Shown here one piece after another: positions 19,631-30,988 of a stretch of 64,000 nucleotides of DNA. This DNA comes from Candidatus Altimarinota bacterium (GTDB taxonomy: Bacteria; Patescibacteriota; Gracilibacteria; 1-14-2-50-48-13), in NCBI GenBank assembly GCA_046314355.1, contig JBKBWQ010000001.1:1088001-1152000 (forward strand), read 5' to 3'. Under the pieces are notes generated by a model. It was given only the letters and a program-made list of their open reading frames with translations. It was not told the origin of the DNA and did not search any database. Every line of letters starts with the position of its first letter. Position 1 is the first letter of the stretch. The position numbers and the translations under genes were made by a program.

Positions 19631-19674
19631 CTAGAATCTAGTAGCTCTTTAATTTCAGAGCTACTAGATTCTAG
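19631..19674. terminator. 18-bp perfect hairpin downstream of secF (terminator or processing site)
   Basis: CTAGAATCTAGTAGCTCT-8 nt-AGAGCTACTAGATTCTAG. There is no clear U-tract. Confidence 0.55.
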
Positions 19675-19684
19675 GGTATAACTA

Positions 19685-20647
19685 TTATTTTCTCAAGAGA
19701 TAATTCTTGAAAGTCACAAGCATAGGAGATGCAAGGAAGATTGATGAGTATGTACCGATGATTACACCGATAAATAGAGCGAAGATAAATGACTTAAGAG
19801 CATCAGGTCCTAGGATCAAAAGTGCTCCTAGTGTAATAAGTACAGTCATAGAAGTATGAAGACTTCGTGCCATTGTCTGCCAGATACTGTCTTCTGTGAT
19901 ACTTTCTATGGTCTCTCCTTTTTTCTGGCGAGCCATATTTTCTCGTACTCTATCAAACACTACGATCGTATCGTTTACTGAGTATCCAAGAATAGTAAGA
20001 AGAGCCGTGATGAAGTATGGTCCCATTTCGATATGAAAGAAGTGTCCAAGGAATACAAATACTCCAATCAACACGATAATATCATGTAAGAGTGCACCAA
20101 TAGTATTAATTCCAAATACCCATGGATTATAATTCTTTGGAAGCTTTCTAAAGGCGAATACAATGTAGAGAACGATTGCGATGACAGAGAGAAGAGTTGC
20201 CCAGATCGCTCTTTCTTTTAGTACTTGTCCTACGCTTGCACTGATAACCTGACTAGACTCTTTATCAGCACTATATTTTTCTGCAACTTTCTTTGTGAGA
20301 GCAGTTTCAAATTCAAGGTATTTTCCCTGCTCAGCTGCATTTGTAGGAACACGGTATCTAATATCCATATTCTTCTCACCTGCAGGTATCACAGTTGGAT
20401 TACCAATGTCTATTTTCTCATTGTCAGCTTTTCCATTGTTGAACTCAGTCTGAGCAGCTAATGTAAAATCCTTAATCTCAGAAGTGCTTGGCACAGTTCC
20501 TGGGAAACTATATTCTACTAGAATTCCTCCTGTAAAATGAAGACTTAGATTAAATCCCCAAAGTGCTGTTCCTAAGATGGAAAGTACTACGAGAACTGTA
20601 GAGATAGAATACCAGACTTTACGGTTTGCAACGATTGGGAATTTCAT
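19685..20647 (-). CDS. secF: Protein translocase subunit SecF
   Basis: NLSLHFTGG, ALLHD, LTILGYSVNDTIVVFDRVRE, GTYSSIFLASP. Confidence 0.95.
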   Translation of the reverse strand: MKFPIVANRKVWYSISTVLVVLSILGTALWGFNLSLHFTGGILVEYSFPGTVPSTSEIKDFTLAAQTEFNNGKADNEKIDIGNPTVIPAGEKNMDIRYRVPTNAAEQGKYLEFETALTKKVAEKYSADKESSQVISASVGQVLKERAIWATLLSVIAIVLYIVFAFRKLPKNYNPWVFGINTIGALLHDIIVLIGVFVFLGHFFHIEMGPYFITALLTILGYSVNDTIVVFDRVRENMARQKKGETIESITEDSIWQTMARSLHTSMTVLITLGALLILGPDALKSFIFALFIGVIIGTYSSIFLASPMLVTFKNYLLRK

Positions 20648-20729
20648 AATAAAAGTTAAATAGAATTCAAATAGTGGGTTCTTTACTGTATCTTATGTAA
20701 GATTTAGCTGTTCGCAAGAAAAAATGCAT

Positions 20730-22667
<1,938 letters not shown>

Positions 22668-22704
22668 TCAAAGAGAGCAAGTAAAGCTCACAGACCTTCT
22701 GGAC

Positions 22705-24072
22705 CTACAAAAAATAAAACATATAGAAAATAATTCCGGCAAGTATTGCAAAGCTTCCAAAGAGAAGCCTTCGATTCTTTGGATGAGCTTTCCATATCAG
22801 CAGTACTGTATGAAAAAGAAGGAAAGAAAGAATGATTTTCAAATTGAATGCTTGAGTGCCGATAGCCGCGAATAAGCTTGCTATATCTAAAGTTCCTAAA
22901 ATAAAAGGTTTATTGTTGAGGAAAAACTGCTCCCCGCTAACTGCCACAAGAAGATAAAACATACAAAGCCACTCAGTCATGTTTGGAAGCTCCTGTAGTA
23001 TGGCATGCTCAGAGGATACATGCAGAGGTGGATAGATATCGCTGTGAGCTATCTCTTCCCTTTTAAGTTTTTCAATATCTGCTTCTATAGCTTTTACCTG
23101 TTCCTTTTTTTCCTGATATCGGACAAAAGATGTCTTTAGCTCTTCAAAATTATCTGCACTTGGTGCTGCTGCTGTTTTCTTTGTTTGTGATGCAAGATTC
23201 TTTCCCATGGTCTCTAGTTCCCGCTGTCCCTGATTGAAGTTGCCAAAGATCATGTTCTGCTGAGGTTTAGGCTCTTCTATTACTACTGGCTTTACCGGTT
23301 CGGGATTCAGTCTTACCTTGATCTGTTCAATCTTTTTTAAGAGTTGTACTGTAGGAACCAGAACTTTTTTGATCTTATCTCTAGAAAACGCGTTATCAAT
23401 AGTATCCTCTATAAAGGAAAGTTCACGAAGCAGATATGCTAAAAAATCATATTTCTGATCTACGGTAGTATTAGGTCTGCCTAAAAGTACAGCAATGGTT
23501 GTATGAACGCTTTCAATATCTTCCTGATAATTTTTATCAAGCAGTAGAGGTTTTGTAGTTTCCTGAATATTTCTCAGTAGATCTTTAAAGTCTCTATCTA
23601 GCAGATTAGCTATCTGTGCTGATTCATCGATAGTAACTTTTTTCTCACTAAAGAACTTTTTAGTCTGGGATTTTAAATCCTGTGATTTCTTAAGGGAGTC
23701 ATATTTATCCTTAATTTTATCTGTCATTGCTTCAAACTGCATTCGGAGCGGCTGAAGCTCTCTATTTCCCTCTACAAGAATACTTACGGTGAGTCTATGT
23801 TCTTCCACGAGCTCTTTATAGGCATCCAGATCGGTAAGATGTTCTATTGTTCCTTCCATCTTTGTATCATCTTGCCTCACAGCCGAGAATGAAAAAAACT
23901 TCCTTCTGTCTAGAAGGTTGACGTTTGCGAGTGTAAATGTGTCTATGGATAGAATCTGCTTTACACCAGTGGTCTGAAATTTCTTTGCAATAGAATCCTT
24001 ACTCTCCCCTTCGATATAACCGATGCGGGTTTTTCCTGACTGGTCGAGGAGGATGTATTTAAATAGCTGCAT
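22705..24072 (-). CDS. Hypothetical membrane protein: two PilC-N-terminal-like repeats, coiled coil, three C-terminal TM helices
   Basis: FKYILLDQSGKTRIGYIEGES and FSFSAVRQDDTKMEGTIE resemble the F-x-Y-x-A-x-D-x2-G-x4-G-x-I-E-A start of PilC/GspF. Confidence 0.7.
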   Translation of the reverse strand: MQLFKYILLDQSGKTRIGYIEGESKDSIAKKFQTTGVKQILSIDTFTLANVNLLDRRKFFSFSAVRQDDTKMEGTIEHLTDLDAYKELVEEHRLTVSILVEGNRELQPLRMQFEAMTDKIKDKYDSLKKSQDLKSQTKKFFSEKKVTIDESAQIANLLDRDFKDLLRNIQETTKPLLLDKNYQEDIESVHTTIAVLLGRPNTTVDQKYDFLAYLLRELSFIEDTIDNAFSRDKIKKVLVPTVQLLKKIEQIKVRLNPEPVKPVVIEEPKPQQNMIFGNFNQGQRELETMGKNLASQTKKTAAAPSADNFEELKTSFVRYQEKKEQVKAIEADIEKLKREEIAHSDIYPPLHVSSEHAILQELPNMTEWLCMFYLLVAVSGEQFFLNNKPFILGTLDIASLFAAIGTQAFNLKIILSFLLFHTVLLIWKAHPKNRRLLFGSFAILAGIIFYMFYFL

Positions 24073-24149
24073 AAAAATAATGAGTTGCGGAGGGGGAGGA
24101 TTTCTTCTACAAGAAGAGAAAATATCATTCGTGCAAGTTTTGCCTTATA

Positions 24150-25343
24150 CTAGGAGATTTCTTCATTTTCATCAATACATTTCTCAATTATACCCTGTCC
24201 AAGTATTCTTTCTCCCTCTTGAAGTACTGCCACTTGTCCGGGTGTGATAGCAAAAACTCCTTCGAAGAACTCTAAAAGGTAATGTTCTCCATCAAGTAGA
24301 GGAGTAAGTACTCCTCTACTTGATGTCATACGGTACCTTATCTTTGCCTGAACTAATCTGTCTGCAGGTTTTTTTGAAATAAAGTGTACATTTTTTAACA
24401 AAAGTCTTTTCTGATACAAGGCACTTTTTGGTCCTACAATTACCTGATTTTTTAAATGATCTATTTTTACTACAAAATACGGCTCTGAAAGCCCACCTAT
24501 ATTCAGACCTTTTCTCTGGCCGATAGTGTAATAAATTGTACCCTCATGCTTCCCTACTGCTTTACCATCAGTAGTTACTATTTCTCCAGGCACTCGGTAC
24601 TCTTTTTCTAGGTTTCTTTCAAGAAATGAATGTGGAGTCTTCTCTCCAAAGAAGCAAAGCCCCTGACTTTCCTTATATGTTTTTTTATAAGCAGTAAGTC
24701 CTTCCCTTTCAGCAATATCACGCACTTTTGACTTCTCGTAAGTGCCTAAGGGTAGAATAACATGTGAGAGCTGTTCTTGAGATAATGCAGAAAGAAAGTA
24801 TGACTGATCCTTTGTTTTGTCTACTGCTTCATGGAGCTCATATTCTTCTGTAACATTATTGAATTGTATCTGAGAATAATGACCAGTAGCGATTTTAGTT
24901 GCACCTATCTTTTTTGCAAAATCAAGAAGCTCGCCGAATTTTATATATTTATTACACTCCGTACAGGGATTTGGAGTAAGCCCTTCTCGAAATCCCTCAA
25001 GATAGTAGTCTACTATATGTTCTTTAAAAGGAGCTTTAACATTATAAGTATAGAATGGAATATTTAAGAATTTACATATTTCACGTGAAAGCAGCAGGCT
25101 TTCATCAGAGCAGCATTTATTCTCTACAATCTTTTTGAAGCGATTAGGTACACGGGTATTTTCAGGACTAAGATCCTCAGCTCCTTCAAGTTTTTGAATC
25201 GTATTTATTGGGCAGATATCTTCTGTCCAGTACTGCATTTGTACTCCTACGCAGTTGTAACCTGCTTTAGTTAGCAGTAGTGCTGTAACTGACGAATCTA
25301 TTCCTCCAGACATTCCCACCACGACTATTTCTTTGTCTATCAC
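24150..25343 (-). CDS. mnmA: tRNA 2-thiouridine(34) synthase
   Basis: GMSGGIDSS, TPNPCTECNKYIKF, ATGHY, KDQSYFL, ESQGLCF, YTIGQRKGL, TPGQ. GTG start. Confidence 0.96.
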   Translation of the reverse strand: MIDKEIVVVGMSGGIDSSVTALLLTKAGYNCVGVQMQYWTEDICPINTIQKLEGAEDLSPENTRVPNRFKKIVENKCCSDESLLLSREICKFLNIPFYTYNVKAPFKEHIVDYYLEGFREGLTPNPCTECNKYIKFGELLDFAKKIGATKIATGHYSQIQFNNVTEEYELHEAVDKTKDQSYFLSALSQEQLSHVILPLGTYEKSKVRDIAEREGLTAYKKTYKESQGLCFFGEKTPHSFLERNLEKEYRVPGEIVTTDGKAVGKHEGTIYYTIGQRKGLNIGGLSEPYFVVKIDHLKNQVIVGPKSALYQKRLLLKNVHFISKKPADRLVQAKIRYRMTSSRGVLTPLLDGEHYLLEFFEGVFAITPGQVAVLQEGERILGQGIIEKCIDENEEIS

Positions 25344-25824
25344 ATTAATCTATAAGCTATAAAACGATTATAGGATACTTTTTCTTTAAGAAATGTCTAG
25401 GGTGGTCCAATTGATGGTAGAATAGCATTTTATTCTTGTAATGTTTTTTATTGTTTTTCATTACTTAAATTAGGAATATGTAAGTAATAATATTGTCTAT
25501 ATTCCTACTTAAGAAATAAAGAAATTTAGTAGTAAAAATGTATAAATTTATAGAAGCATCTATGAATAGACATTAGAAAGATGTCTATATTTGTCTACCT
25601 TAGAGATATTCTTGATTTGTTTATAGTAAACAAATTATAGAAATAGACATAAGAATTACTACAAACAACAATGGACATTTTCTGTTAGAAGTAGACATAA
25701 AAAAATACAATTTTCTGAAAAAATATAGTGTATTTATTTTAGCCTAGTAATTGTCTATATTTTTTAAATTATTATTTGTAAATATGTTTACTGCAAATGT
25801 ATTTATTGGTGTCTACTTTGTCTA
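25334..25824. repeat. AT-rich gap with 11 exact TGTCTA/TAGACA boxes (candidate oriC or protein-binding array)
   Basis: TGTCTA at 25334, 25394, 25494, 25582, 25592, 25752, 25810, 25819. TAGACA at 25567, 25644, 25692. One-mismatch variants at 25618, 25627, 25672, 25785. Confidence 0.8.
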
Positions 25825-26697
25825 CTATTGATAGATTGCAACTGATAATAAATCAGGACTTTGATCTTGAGGGAAAGTTACCTTTCTTTTTATCTCAAGA
25901 TTGTTGTATCTACCAACAGTAGTGATAGTTTTATTAAAGGACGCTATGGTGTTAGCTGTATCTGATGAAATATGGAGATATATCTCTGGAGTAGACATGC
26001 TTGATGTGACTGGAGAGATTAAATTCGCAACCATATAATTTTCCTTATGTGTTGAAATGAAATCCCTAAGGCTTACCTGGCTCTTAGAGGTACCGGCTGA
26101 ATTCTTTTGATAAAAAATTGGAGCCTGACCTAGTGCAGTTGGAGTGTCTGGACAAGCCACATGAGCAGTGACCGTTTCATACTCTGTGCCATTTTTTCCC
26201 GTAAGTCGAAGCTCCATACACTCGTTGGCTGCAGACAAAGGTTTATAAGTGGTGGCAAGTGGTCCATCAATCCAGTAATTCAATGAGACATTACTTAAAT
26301 CTTTAATAGTATTTTTATCTTCAAAGAAAAGAGCAAACTGTCTTTTATTGTTACTTATTGGGACTGTAATCTTATTGTCGGGATCTTGGCTACTTCTATA
26401 TTCTATCTTATACCCAAGATTACTAGCGGAAGGGTAATTGATTTGGCTGCCCTGGAATAGCTGAGTACTTTCATAACCTTCACGGTGCATTTTTAGATCA
26501 TAAAGGGCAAGTTCAAAGGCGCTTTCAGAATTATAACCAGCCTGTACGCTCTGAGTGATATAACTGTTTATTCTAAATATACGGGTTACTAAAGCACTTA
26601 TACCTATTATTAGTATGAGCATCAGCGCAATGTATAGTAGTGAAAATGCAAGTGCAGATCCCTGTTTGTTGTTTGTGAACATAGATTTTATTTGCAT
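25825..26697 (-). CDS. PilX/GspK-like minor pilin
   Basis: KQG^SALAFSLL hydrophobic N-terminus without E5, then QAGYNSESAFELAL. Last gene of the pilus operon. Confidence 0.7.
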   Translation of the reverse strand: MQIKSMFTNNKQGSALAFSLLYIALMLILIIGISALVTRIFRINSYITQSVQAGYNSESAFELALYDLKMHREGYESTQLFQGSQINYPSASNLGYKIEYRSSQDPDNKITVPISNNKRQFALFFEDKNTIKDLSNVSLNYWIDGPLATTYKPLSAANECMELRLTGKNGTEYETVTAHVACPDTPTALGQAPIFYQKNSAGTSKSQVSLRDFISTHKENYMVANLISPVTSSMSTPEIYLHISSDTANTIASFNKTITTVGRYNNLEIKRKVTFPQDQSPDLLSVAIYQ

Positions 26698-27335
26698 GAT
26701 TGTGAAAATTGTAATGGATCTTCAGGAGTACTAAAGGTCGTCTGTAGATAAGATGAAGTCTGTACATTATCTCCCCGCAGTTTTGGTACATACACTACTG
26801 TAGCGCTGAAGGTTAAGGCTGGGATATATTTACATCGTGAGAGGGAAGTACTTGGGCTTTTGATAAAGTGAGGGTTTGTCAGTACGAAATTATCACTTAT
26901 ATATGGCTCTGGTTCTTCATTATCAACTTTTCTGATAAGTGTATAGACATCCTTACCCTTAAGAGTTTCAGTGAGTTTTCTGTCTTTATAGTAAGTGTCT
27001 ATATCGCTGTTTTTCATTATCTCAAGAGTATAGACAATTCTTTTAGTACCGTCATTATTCTGCAAGGTGAACGAATTAAGAGCTTCGGCATTATTGGAAG
27101 TATTAATTTCGGTATTATTGGAAGTGTCAATTTTTAACTCATCAATATCTGTAGAGAGGGCATTGAGGATCTTTGAAGAATACAGTGTTAGCTCTCTGTT
27201 TACTTCAATTTGATGGGATATTTTCAGTACAGTCAGAAATCCCTGGGTGAGCATAGTGAAAATGAGAAGAAAAATCGCTATGCTTATGATGAGCTCCATT
27301 AGAGTAAATCCTTTTTTTATAGTCATGTGTATCAT
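26688..27335 (-). CDS. Prepilin-type minor pilin (PilW-like)
   Basis: KKG^FTLMELIISIAIF class III signal. Confidence 0.82.
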   Translation of the reverse strand: MIHMTIKKGFTLMELIISIAIFLLIFTMLTQGFLTVLKISHQIEVNRELTLYSSKILNALSTDIDELKIDTSNNTEINTSNNAEALNSFTLQNNDGTKRIVYTLEIMKNSDIDTYYKDRKLTETLKGKDVYTLIRKVDNEEPEPYISDNFVLTNPHFIKSPSTSLSRCKYIPALTFSATVVYVPKLRGDNVQTSSYLQTTFSTPEDPLQFSQSCK

Positions 27336-28030
27336 ATGGTAGTGCTCCAGCGTGTAAAAATCTTTTTAAGCTCAGATACTCTTAGTTCTCCTCCTTCAAG
27401 CCAAAAGGCTCTAGAGGTCACTTCAAGTATGTCATCGTTATTAAGGATATGTTGTGAAGTGCCTGCAGCAGGAAGATTGTAGTCTGAATGAGATTTAATC
27501 TCTAATGTTATGACTCTGCCGTAGTGTTTGAGAGATTTGTCAGTAGGAGTAGAAGTAGTGTGCTTTAGAATCTCTGATCCATCAGCAAGAGTTGTTTTTG
27601 CTAAGTATATTCCTGAAAGCAAGGCATTTTTTTGTGCAATATCTTTTAATGATGATGCAGATTCATATTCAGTACATTCTTTTGGAGCGAGACTGAGTTT
27701 CCATGGTGTATTTCCTGATAGATCAGGCTCCACAAGGATACAGACTTTTTTATTATTCTTAAGTCTCTGAGAAAAAATATCGTTTGTCTGCCACTTAGCA
27801 TCCGTTTCAGGCAGTGTCCAAGTGAGGTGTCCTATAAGATTTGCACCTCGTATGTTTTCCATGATTTCTATTCCTTCTCTTGCAATATTCGTTCCTTCAA
27901 AGCTGTGCAGTACATAAGTAGACATCTTTGTGGTAAAACTTACTAGTGCAAAGATAGCTGTAGATGCAAGCATGAATACAGTAATCGCAATCAATATATC
28001 TGGGAGGCTAAAGCCTTTTTTATAGATCAT
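27332..28030 (-). CDS. Prepilin-type minor pilin (PilV-like)
   Basis: KKG^FSLPDILIAI (Asp at +5) and IAREGIEIMENIR. Confidence 0.78.
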   Translation of the reverse strand: MIYKKGFSLPDILIAITVFMLASTAIFALVSFTTKMSTYVLHSFEGTNIAREGIEIMENIRGANLIGHLTWTLPETDAKWQTNDIFSQRLKNNKKVCILVEPDLSGNTPWKLSLAPKECTEYESASSLKDIAQKNALLSGIYLAKTTLADGSEILKHTTSTPTDKSLKHYGRVITLEIKSHSDYNLPAAGTSQHILNNDDILEVTSRAFWLEGGELRVSELKKIFTRWSTTI

Positions 28031-28632
28031 GAGAGTGGGAGTGAACGAAGAATGGAAGTGGCGGTATTGATCTCAATTTTTTCTTGCATGGTAGGGAAGC
28101 GGCTATTAGCAAAGGTTACCTGGATATTTTTTTCTGTAAGCACTTTTCCATTACTTTTATTTTTTACAACAATAGTATTTGATAATGGGAGAAAGTAGAT
28201 CTCTACTTTTTCAAGTGGGGCGCCTCCTACAGTAATCTCTTTGATAGTACTGTAGATATTTTTTTCTGAATCCTCTGAAGATAACACATTTCTTCCTATA
28301 GAAAGAGGAGTAAGCGAAGCATAATCTTTAGGATCAGAAGGGTTTGCTGCTGTGAATATACGTGCACCTTCTTTTAAATCCTTAGATAAAGAGAGACCAA
28401 ATACTTTGTAGTTAGAATCAAAGACACGCTCTGGTGCTGTAACTATTTCCTGATATCCTGTCTGAGCTTTAGTCTGCTGTTCGTAGAAAGTCTGAGAAAA
28501 GAATTTTACACTATTACTGAGTTTTGCCCGTTCACTGATGGGGGCGAGCTGAGGTACAACAAAAGCTGCAAGTAATGCAAGTATTGCGATGACTATCAGC
28601 AGCTCAATAAGTGTAAACCCTTTTTTCATCAT
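28027..28632 (-). CDS. Prepilin-type minor pilin (FimT/GspH-like)
   Basis: KKG^FTLIELLIVIAILALLAAFVVP. Confidence 0.85.
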   Translation of the reverse strand: MMKKGFTLIELLIVIAILALLAAFVVPQLAPISERAKLSNSVKFFSQTFYEQQTKAQTGYQEIVTAPERVFDSNYKVFGLSLSKDLKEGARIFTAANPSDPKDYASLTPLSIGRNVLSSEDSEKNIYSTIKEITVGGAPLEKVEIYFLPLSNTIVVKNKSNGKVLTEKNIQVTFANSRFPTMQEKIEINTATSILRSLPLS

Positions 28633-29738
28633 ACTGTGAAAGTAGCCATGAGATCAAAGATAGAACCGATTACGGTAAAGGCAAAGATTGCAATAAATAC
28701 TGCAACAACAATTAATGCTACCGGTTCTAGGATTGTAGTAATATTTCTAAGTTTGTACTCTAGTTCAAAGTTATATTGTACTGCGAGTTTCTTGAGCATA
28801 TCTTCAAGACTTGCTGAGCTTTCTCCGATACTGAGCAATTCGCTAAAGTCAGTAGGGAATAGTAAAGGTTCCTGAGGGATACTCTTTGATAGAGGCATAC
28901 CGTTTGTAACTTGTGTCTTTACTGCGATAAAAGCTTCCTGGTAAGGAAGTAGAGTCTGAGTCTTAATCAGGAGGTCTAGAGAGCGCATAAGTGGAAGTCC
29001 TGCTTCAAGCATAGTTGAGAGTGTCTGAGAAAGCATTATAAGACTACTCTTTCTTATGATATCTCCATAGATAGGTATCTTGAGATAGAGCATGTGGAGA
29101 TCAAACTTTGCACTTCTCTTTGTAAAGTACTTCTTAGCCAGTATGCCTAAAACACCAAGTGCTATAAGGATGAGCCACCAATAGCTTTGAAAAAATTGAG
29201 TAATATTTTGAATAAATTGTAGTGCAAAGGGAAGTTTTGCTCCCTGTGACTCAAATATCTGAGCGAGAGTCGGTACTACAAATACCATTACAATTATTAT
29301 TACAACGGCAAGAAGACAGAGAATAATGATAGGATAAAGCAGTGCGCTTATAACCTTTGATCTTAATTCGATGAATTTTTCAAGATCCTGTGAGATACGT
29401 GAGAGTGACTGATCGATGGTTCCAGTTTTTTCTCCAGCCTCAACGAGACCGATCTCTGTATCAGTAAATACTTGAGGGAAATTCTTCATACTCCATGAGA
29501 GAGAGTCTCCCTGGGCAATATGATCATGAAGGAATCTAATGATATCCGTTAACTTTTCATTATGTATCTTTTCTTCTGCGATTTCCATCGCTTTGAGGAT
29601 CGGTATACCGGAGAGAAGCAGGGTAGTGAGGATACGGAAAAAATTTGCTTTTTCGCGCAAGCTCACTCTAAGCGGCAGATACAGTATCTCCTGTACCTTT
29701 TGCTGCAATTCCGCAGATTTGTGTGAAATATTCTGCAT
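28629..29738 (-). CDS. pilC: Type IV pilus/T2SS platform protein (PilC/GspF family), N-terminally short
   Basis: LLLSGIPI, EAGEKTGT, SALLYP, MLEAGLPL, IGESSASL, ILEP. ATG 29738 follows the upstream stop. Confidence 0.9.
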   Translation of the reverse strand: MQNISHKSAELQQKVQEILYLPLRVSLREKANFFRILTTLLLSGIPILKAMEIAEEKIHNEKLTDIIRFLHDHIAQGDSLSWSMKNFPQVFTDTEIGLVEAGEKTGTIDQSLSRISQDLEKFIELRSKVISALLYPIIILCLLAVVIIIVMVFVVPTLAQIFESQGAKLPFALQFIQNITQFFQSYWWLILIALGVLGILAKKYFTKRSAKFDLHMLYLKIPIYGDIIRKSSLIMLSQTLSTMLEAGLPLMRSLDLLIKTQTLLPYQEAFIAVKTQVTNGMPLSKSIPQEPLLFPTDFSELLSIGESSASLEDMLKKLAVQYNFELEYKLRNITTILEPVALIVVAVFIAIFAFTVIGSIFDLMATFTV

Positions 29739-29739
29739 A

Positions 29740-30273
29740 TTATTGTGCGAAGTAGGAAATAATAACGATGTCTGCCTGAGCAATAGCTTGACCTGTTTGG
29801 AGATTTACATTTTTTACCGCATAGAACTGATCTGCTTTTTCAAACTTTTCTAAAAACGTTTTGATGAGAGCTTTATCTGTAGCTCTGATTGTCATCGCTA
29901 TATCTCTTGTCTTCATACCTCCCTGGCTCATCTGGACTGGTCCAAAGCTTACACTTCCGATATCAACCTTTGCATCCTTTCGAACTGTCTCAAGAAAATC
30001 AATAAATGATTCTTGTCTAAAGGTAGCAGGGATCTTACTGATCATCTTTTGCTGATCTTCTTTCTTTACAGTATTAAATTCACTCAGCTCCTTTTCAAGT
30101 GTAGTGAGCTGTGTAGCCTTATCATTTAATTCCTCATTTGCTGTATTCTTTACATCTGTAGCAGACTGATATTCTCCATAGACAGAAGGAATATAGAAGA
30201 ATGCTAGAATAATAATAAGGATAGCAAGGAGTAAACCTACATTACTTTTTTTATTTTGAGTTGGTGTTTGCAT
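29740..30273 (-). CDS. PilO-like alignment protein
   Basis: N-terminal TM, coiled coil, KIP motif, ferredoxin-like C-terminal domain, and position between the PilN-like gene and pilC. Confidence 0.68.
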   Translation of the reverse strand: MQTPTQNKKSNVGLLLAILIIILAFFYIPSVYGEYQSATDVKNTANEELNDKATQLTTLEKELSEFNTVKKEDQQKMISKIPATFRQESFIDFLETVRKDAKVDIGSVSFGPVQMSQGGMKTRDIAMTIRATDKALIKTFLEKFEKADQFYAVKNVNLQTGQAIAQADIVIISYFAQ

Positions 30274-30811
30274 AGTTTGTGTTGAGAGAAAGAGTTATTG
30301 GAAAACTAAAGATGTCCTTACCTTGATCGTTTCTAGTATAAGAAATAGAAGAAAAATCAGGGGAAGAGAACTGCTTATAGCTCTTGAATGAACTAATAAG
30401 AGTTTTTACATCTATAAATGAAGGAGCGCTTTCTGCGGATATGAGAAAACTAACATTCTTAGCAGAAGGATCATCAGATTTTACCTGGGTCTGAATGCTC
30501 TTGAGTGAAGCGCCAGTGCCGAGTGCATCAAAAACTGCCTGAAAGTATCCAGAGTAGTTAATAGCGCTATGTTCAGCAAGGAAAATCTTATTTCTTTTAT
30601 ATTGTGTGAAATCCTTGTTGCTATTTATTGTAGCAATCTTATCGGAAGTTTCAGTAATCTTTTGATTAATATCATCTATACTTCTATGCGTAAAGAATAG
30701 AAGAATATGGATAATAAGGATTCCTAGAGCCACTACGGCAATAAGAATAAGTATTATCGAATTGGTTCTTTTTCTCCGGTTAAGGAGAGAGGTAAGTGAT
30801 GACTCATTCAT
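30251..30811 (-). CDS. PilN-like alignment protein
   Basis: Basic N-terminus, TM, coiled coil, C-terminal beta-rich domain. First gene of the pilus operon. Confidence 0.62.
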   Translation of the reverse strand: MNESSLTSLLNRRKRTNSIILILIAVVALGILIIHILLFFTHRSIDDINQKITETSDKIATINSNKDFTQYKRNKIFLAEHSAINYSGYFQAVFDALGTGASLKSIQTQVKSDDPSAKNVSFLISAESAPSFIDVKTLISSFKSYKQFSSPDFSSISYTRNDQGKDIFSFPITLSLNTNYANTNSK

Positions 30812-30954
30812 AGAATATGTTTATTTTTGTAGAAATCTATATATCTTACAATATATGGTTTGTTTGCGTCAAGTATATTTAATGAAACAAAATGAAATAT
30901 TCTTCGTTTACTTAAGCGAAGGAGAACAAATAAAGGAAAAGTGCAGTGAAATGA

Positions 30955-30983
30955 TTGACACTACGACCCTCCTTCAATAGAAT
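30955..30983 (+). promoter_or_regulatory. Near-consensus sigma70 promoter of the S-layer gene
   Basis: TTGACA (30955-30960), 17 nt, TAGAAT (30978-30983). Confidence 0.78.
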
Positions 30984-30988
30984 TAACT

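Noticed and set aside
25344-25824. Protein-coding gene or CRISPR array in the mnmA-pilin gap
   Set aside because: No ORF of 60 aa or more, and the repeats are 6-8 nt boxes at irregular spacing.
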